Assembly (NCBI GenBank): GCA_002104945.1
Contig: MCFH01000002.1
Location: 558,001-622,000 of the forward strand
Direction of reading: 5' to 3'
Length of the DNA stretch: 64,000 nucleotides
From: Piromyces finnis finn
Taxonomy: Eukaryota; Fungi; Neocallimastigomycota
The position numbers and the translations under genes are program-made. The notes beneath the pieces were generated by a model. That model saw only the letters and a program-made list of their open reading frames with translations. It had not been told where the DNA came from and ran no database searches. Each line of letters begins with the position of its first letter. The first letter of the stretch is position 1. This document shows positions 57,115 to 64,000 of this stretch, one piece after another.

Positions 57115-60100
57115 TTAACCAAAACTTTGACTTGCACGTGTACCCTTCTTAAGTCTACTAATACGCCATTCGTTAGGCTTTTCAAATCTATTGAATAATG
57201 GTTCTATAGTACAAGGAAAGAAAACGACATTAAAATAAAATATTATAATGAAAAAAAAAAAAAAAATAAAAATAAAATAAAATAGAATTAGTATATTGAA
57301 TATAAATCATAAATTTAAAAGTTATTAACCATAACCATAAAAATAAAAAAAAAAAAAAAAAAACTTACCAAGTTTCTCTTGTCTTTTACGTTTACTGATT
57401 TTATTTGGATCAGCTGATTTGAAAAAGTTAGGAGCAACCTCTACTAACCATTTAGGATCAATGGTAATAATTTCTCTCATATATTCTTTAGTGGTTAAAA
57501 CTAATTCATGATAAATAACCCAATCTGGACTTTTATTAAATAAAGAACTGCTAGGATGAATATATACAGGTGTACCTTCAACTAATGTCTTATAACCTTC
57601 TTGAGGATCTTTTTTAGCTGCATGTCTAAAGTAACCTCCACAGATAGCAATTAAAACCTTCTTATAGTTACGACCACAACTAATGATATCTTGACGATAA
57701 CGATCCATAATACCTAAAAGTTGTTTACGAACATCTTGTGCACGACGCATGCTTCTAGCTTGAATGAAGTTTTCATAACACCATGGATTAGAAAACTTTG
57801 AGGCTTTCCAGGCATTATATACGGTTAATAAGGTAAGATGATCACCTTCTGGTTGATGGAACTTGGCTTTCTTTTCATCTGCCTTGGCTTGCTTATCCTT
57901 TGGACGATAGAAAATATTTTGAACATTCAACATGGCTACAATAGTTAAAATTTCATCACTGCAACCTAGTTGAGTACTGTAAATTAACATTTTAGAAAGG
58001 AATGGATCTAATGGGAATTCAGCCATTTTACGACCTAGTTTGGTTAAAAGACCTTCTTCATCTAATGCACCTAATTGATAAAGTTGTTCCAAGGCTGTAA
58101 TTAAGGTTTGGACTGGTGGAGGATCCATGAAATCAAAATGAAGTAAATCGTTAATACCCATAGCCTTCAGTGTTAATACTGTATTAGAAAGGTTTTCACG
58201 TTGAATATCAGGCACGGAATTAGGTAACATTTCATTTTGATAAGCAGCTTCGGTATAAAGTCGATAACATTTACCAGGACCTGTACGACCAGCTCTACCA
58301 GAACGTTGTCTTGCTTGAGCTTGAGAAATAGGAACAACAACCAAGGAATCCATACCAAGTTTTGGATCATAGGCACTTTGCTTAACAAAACCAGGATCAA
58401 CAACATAGTAAATACCATCAATGGTAATACTTGTTTCAGCAATGTTAGTAGCAATAACAACTTTACGTGCACCTGGTGGGGCAGGTTCAAAAATCTTAGA
58501 TTGCATTTCACTCGGTAAGGCACTATAAATTGGAAGAATAATTAACTCTGGAACTAAAGGTCCAAGGGCCTTCATACGTTCATATAAAATTTCGGCTGCT
58601 GTATCAATTTCTTCTTGACCTGTTAAAAACAATAGAATATCACCGGCAGGTTCGTTTAAGTGAATTTGCATAATGGTAATAAGAGCAGCATCCAAATAAT
58701 CTGATTCTGGTTCTTTGGTATATAAAATTTCCACAGGATAGGTTCGACCAGGAATAGAGAAAATTGGACAATTATAGAAATAGGCTGAGAATTTTTCAGC
58801 ATCTAAGGTGGCACTAGTAACAATAACCTTTAAATCTGGTCTTCTTTTCACTGTTTGCTTTAAGAGACCAAACATAATATCAGTACTAATAGTTCTTTCG
58901 TGAGCTTCATCCAACATAATTACAGAATAATTACTAAGATCAGGATCAATAAGGCATTCTCTTAACAACATACCATCTGTCATGTACTTAATTCTAGTTT
59001 CTGGAGAGGTACAGTCTTCGAAACGAATGGTATAACCTACTTCTTGTCCAACACGACAACCTACTTCTTCTGCTACACGCTTAGCAACAGACATAGCAGC
59101 TACCCTACGAGGTTGTGTACAACCAATTCTTCCGTGATCAGCAAAACCTTCTTCTGCCAAATATTGAGTCATTTGTGTGGTCTTACCTGAACCAGTATCC
59201 CCTACGACAACTAAAATTTGATTATCTTGAACGGCTTTAACTAAACTATCACGAAGCTTAAAAATAGGAAGAGATTCACGTTGTTCCTTAATAGATAAAT
59301 TTGTAATCTTACCAAAAGTGGTAGCCTTATTAAAGGTTTTCTTTTTCCATTCAGAAATATTAGCACTTGGATCATGAGTGATACCACGAAGATCTTGTGC
59401 AAATGTTCTTTCACCATTTTCTGGCATTGGATCAACCCAAGGCTTATTTAAATCCTTTGGTAATTCATCCATTTCAGCATTAGCTTGTTGTTGCTTAATT
59501 TCTCTTCTTTCCTTAGCTAAAGCTGCACCAGCCAAGGCTGCACGATTTAATGTACCATCTGGATTTTTAACAATTTTAACAGGGGAAAGTTGAACAACTT
59601 GACGTGTATGGCCTCTTAAGAAGAAGGGTTCTTCTTCCTTAATTTCAATATCTAATTCTTCTTCCGTTTCTTCGGTATTCATTAATCCATTTTCTTCATC
59701 GAAAGTTGGGTATTCACTTGGATCTAAAACACCAGAGGCAATTAATTGTTTGATTTCCCACTTTTCAGGTGATGAAAGACGTTTGACCTTACTAATATTA
59801 TTGTCACTGTCATCAATAACCTTTACTTCACCATAAGCTGAAGATCTCAATGGATTTCTAGCTTCTTCTTCCTTAATTTCTTCTGCTGTTTTTACTCTGA
59901 GATGTGGTGTTAAATCCTCACCAGTTTCTTGATTAACATCTTTCATGGATAAACCAATTCTATTTCCTGCAACAGTCATGACTTTAACCTTAACTTTTTG
60001 ACCTCTTGTCACTACTTCACGAGGATGGCTTACACGAACACCACCTGATTTTAAAGCAGAAATATGTACCATACCTTCACATCTCTTTTTAATTCCTTCT

Positions 60101-61337
60101 AATTGTACAAATGCACCAAAATCTCTTAAACTCGTTACTTTACCATTATATATCTTATATAATACAGGAGCATCATCAATTTGATTTTCTCTTCCACCTC
60201 TTCTTCTATCATTTTCTCTATCTCTATATTCTGGACTTTTTGATCTTCTGGAATCTCTGTTTCTTCTTCTGTCTCCACTTCTACTTCTATTTCTTCTTCT
60301 ATCTCTATCTCTATCACTATACCTACTACTATGTCTTCTTTCTCTACTTCTACTTCGACTTCTACTTCTGGATGAATGTCTACTATGTCTTGAATGACCA
60401 TCTCTTTCATTTGCTTCCTTTTTTTTTAATTCTATAAATGACTCTAATTCTTTTAAAGTATCATTAGCAATTTCATCATCTGTACTTTGGGTTTTACCCT
60501 TTTCTTCTTTTTTCATTTCTTCTTCTCTTTTTTCTCTCCATGAAGGATCGTTTTTTATTGCTAAACCTGGAAACAATTTTGTTTTATCATCTTCTGCATC
60601 ATCTTCATCCCATTCACTTTTTTGTTTCTTTGATCGAGCTTTTGGTTTTAATGTACGAATTAATCTATCTAATGTTTCTATAAAATAATCTGGAAATTCA
60701 CCTCCTTGTAAAAGAGATTTCTTAAATTCTTCATATGATTTTGACTGCTCATGTAAATTTATAACAAATTCAGCTGATAATATTGTAAATGTAATATAAT
60801 GAGTTTATAGTTATATATACAATTGATTATGTATAATTTTTAAAATTAATTAGTTTTGAAATTTCAATCCAAATTTCATTGATTAAATTTTAATGTTGAG
60901 TAATAGCAAATATATATATAAAGAAAAAAAATATGAATATGATATATTATTATTTTATATATATGTATTTAAAATTAAAAAAAGAAAAAAAGAATCTACA
61001 TTTTCATTTTTATATTTTAATAATGAAAAAATTCATATATAAAAAGATTTCATATTTTATAAAATGAAATCTCTTTTTTGATTATCTTTTAGTTTTATTA
61101 ATTGCAATTGCAATATAATATGTAATGAAAATTAAATATCATAAATGTTTTCATATAATATAATTTATCATTATAAAAAAAATAATAATAATAATAATAT
61201 ATATATATATATTTTTTAGTTATTCTTATTTTCTATGACTTACCTAATGTTTTATCGTTAATTCCTGTATGATTGTATAATTCATTGGTAATTTTAGATA
61301 CTAATGAAAGTCTTTCTAATTTTTGTAAATCATCCAT
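57115..61337 (-). CDS. PRP22: Spliceosomal DEAH-box RNA helicase Prp22/DHX8 (3 exons, ~1195 aa)
   Basis: Exons 61337-61244 ([16 protein letters not shown]...), 60773-57369, 57203-57115 ([17 protein letters not shown]). RS domain, S1 domain, [24 protein letters not shown]. Confidence 0.97.
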
Positions 61338-62261
61338 TATTTATAATACATTATTAATTTAATGATTGTATATATATATATATATTTCAATTAAAGATTG
61401 AATACTTTAGTAAATTTACAAAATAACTTTTTATAATTTAAATTATATTTTACAATGATTTTTATTTTTAATTTTAAAAAAAAAATATATATATATAAAT
61501 ATTTATAAAAAAAAAAAAAATCAATGTTCTTAAATGAATTATCCAATAATTTAAATTAAAAAAAAAAAAAATGAACAGAATATACACTAAATGAAAATTT
61601 TAATTAAATTTAAATAATAGAAAAAAAAAAAAAAAAAGATTGATATTTGATAAAAAAATAAAAACTAATACAGTTTTCAGTTTTAGTTTTTTTGTTCATT
61701 CTTTTGTTTTTGTTTTTTATATATCATTTTATTTAGTTTTTAAAAGGGTTTTTTTTCTTAAACATACTAATATTTTATTATATATATTTACAAAAGTGTG
61801 TCTAATAATTATCTTAATTATTTTATTATAAAAAATAATTTCTATTTAAATTAACTAATAAATACTAAAATACTAATACTAATAATACTAATAGAATAAT
61901 AATATTTTTAATGGTATATAAGTGAAGCTTTCTTCAAATAATAAAAATCTTAAGAATAATAAAAAGGATAAAAAAATATATAATATATTATTATCATAAA
62001 AAAGATGGTATAATTAAACTATAGGTATAGTTTAATTTAATTAATAATCTTAAATAATTACAGAAAGAGAAAACATAAATATAAAAATAATAAGACATTG
62101 CATTAGATTGTTTGATAGTACGTAATTTATAATTACTATAATTCTTTTCTAAATATTTTTTGAAAAAAATAATAAAATAAGTTATTGCTTTAAATTAATA
62201 ATTTCATTATTTTTTTCATATTTCTTGTAATTTTTACTATATTTTGATTTTAGTAAATACT

Positions 62262-63444
62262 TTATGTATTTAAACCATTGTCTATTATTTGCTATTATTT
62301 AAGTAATATTAAAATAAAATTAATATATAATACTATAATTCTAAAAAAAAAAAAAAAAAAAAAAAATTATATCAATATATAACTTTAATTATTATATAAA
62401 TTTACCTGCTTCTAATTTCTTTATATATACTATGGCTGGTTCATAATTTTGTTCATCTGCTTTTTTAAACCTTTAATTTTTCATATATTATTAATTAATT
62501 AGTACAATTATATATTTATTTGCTTTTCTTTTTTATTTTAAATATATGATAAAAATTATTATGTGTATATACCATTCTAATGCCTTATAATTATCGGCAA
62601 CAACACCTTTTCCTTTCATATAGCATAATCCTAAAAAGAACTGAGCAATTGTGAATCCTAATAGATAACATTTTTTTATAAATTCATTTCGCTTAATAAT
62701 ATGTCATAATTTAATATATAATAGAATATCATTTCATTGAATGATATACTAAAATTCAATTTATAATAGATTATATATATAATATTCAAAGAAAATAAAA
62801 ATTACCTTGTCCTGCAGATTTCCTAAACCAGAAAACAGCATGAGAATAATCTTTTAATACAGTAATACCTTTGAAATAAAAGATTCCCAAATTAAACTGT
62901 GAACGGCAACAACCATTTGAAGCAGCAGCACGATACCATTCAATACTTTTTTCATAATTAATATCTGTGCCTTTACCAAAAGCATAACAAGATGCTAAAT
63001 TATATTGAGCTTCTAATTCATTTTGTTGAGCAGCTTTTTCATACCAATAAAATGCCTTAAAGTAATCTTTTTCCAAGTAATTACCATTTTCATAACATAA
63101 TGCCAAATTAAATTGAGCAATACTATTTCCAGCATCAGCTGCTATTCTATACCATTTAACTGCTTCATCCATATCACGTTCAACACCACAACCGTGTTCA
63201 TAACATATACCTAAATTAACACAAGCCGATATATGACCCTTTTTAGATGCTTCCCTATACCATTTTACAGCTAATTCTGGATTACGGCTAATACCACATC
63301 CACGAGCATATGATAAACCTAAATTAAATTGAGCATCTGTGTTACCATTTTCAGCTGCTAAAGAATAATATTTAAATGCTTCTTCTTTGCTAACTGGAAC
63401 ACCATTTCCATCGTTATAACATGTGCCTTTTTTAAGAATATATA

Positions 63445-63526
<82 letters not shown>

Positions 63527-64000
63527 GGTAATATTGTTTATTATTACTATGTTTCATTATTAATAATATTTACCTAATAAATATTGGGCTCTTGGATCAT
63601 TCTTGAAAAATATATATATATATATGTTTTTAGTAAAATGTATATATATTTATATATCTACAAAACTAAATTTGGGGAAAACTTACTTGTTCAGCAGCTT
63701 TTTTATACCAATAAATTGCCTTTTTTATATTCTTCTTTGCATAGGTATGATAACATAAACCTAAATAGAATTGTGATGAAGAATGACCCTAATAAAAAAA
63801 ATCAGTAACGTTTTGAAAATAGATATATATTAATAAACAATAACTCAAATTGAAATGACTGAATAATTTATAGATATTACTTGTTCAGCAGCCATTTGAT
63901 ACCATTTCATTGCTAATTCTTCATTCTTTTTAACATCATAAATTTCACCCAATAGAAATTGAGCATTAACATTATTATTTTTTGCGGCCTTACTAAACCA
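62262..64000 (-). CDS. SEL1-like repeat protein, 5' end outside the window
   Basis: Exons >64000-63881, 63788-63687, 63601-63574, 63426-62806, 62657-62573, 62470-62406, 62281-62262 splice in frame; repeated AQFNLGxCYxxGxG...WYxKAA. Confidence 0.85.
63446..63527. repeat. Intronic (TAT)n microsatellite
   Basis: Directly visible. Confidence 0.95.

Overview
Extremely AT-rich eukaryotic DNA with GT-AG introns and many microsatellites. Fungal dockerins (CBM10-type), CotH kinases and CBM18 arrays together point to an anaerobic gut fungus (Neocallimastigomycota; inference). In order, the window holds: an intronless bacterial-type acyltransferase-3 gene; a 5'-truncated but open APE/RT LINE with a poly(A) tail; a DUF4112 membrane protein; an ~11.5 kb gene-free stretch with a TGACA-motif cluster; a homeobox gene; an 8-exon TAD3; a PPX1/Prune exopolyphosphatase; and a secreted Ser/Thr/Asn-rich protein. 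A ~21 kb cluster of secreted-protein genes follows (a CotH kinase fused to 8 chitin-binding CBM18 domains, a tandem DUF3237-like protein with two dockerins, and three tandem anchor-less CotH kinases), interrupted by two decayed copies of the same LINE. The window ends with PRP22 and a partial SEL1-repeat gene. The CotH/CBM18/dockerin cluster is the best candidate for an under-described system. Exon boundaries and motif counts were read by eye and no database search was run.
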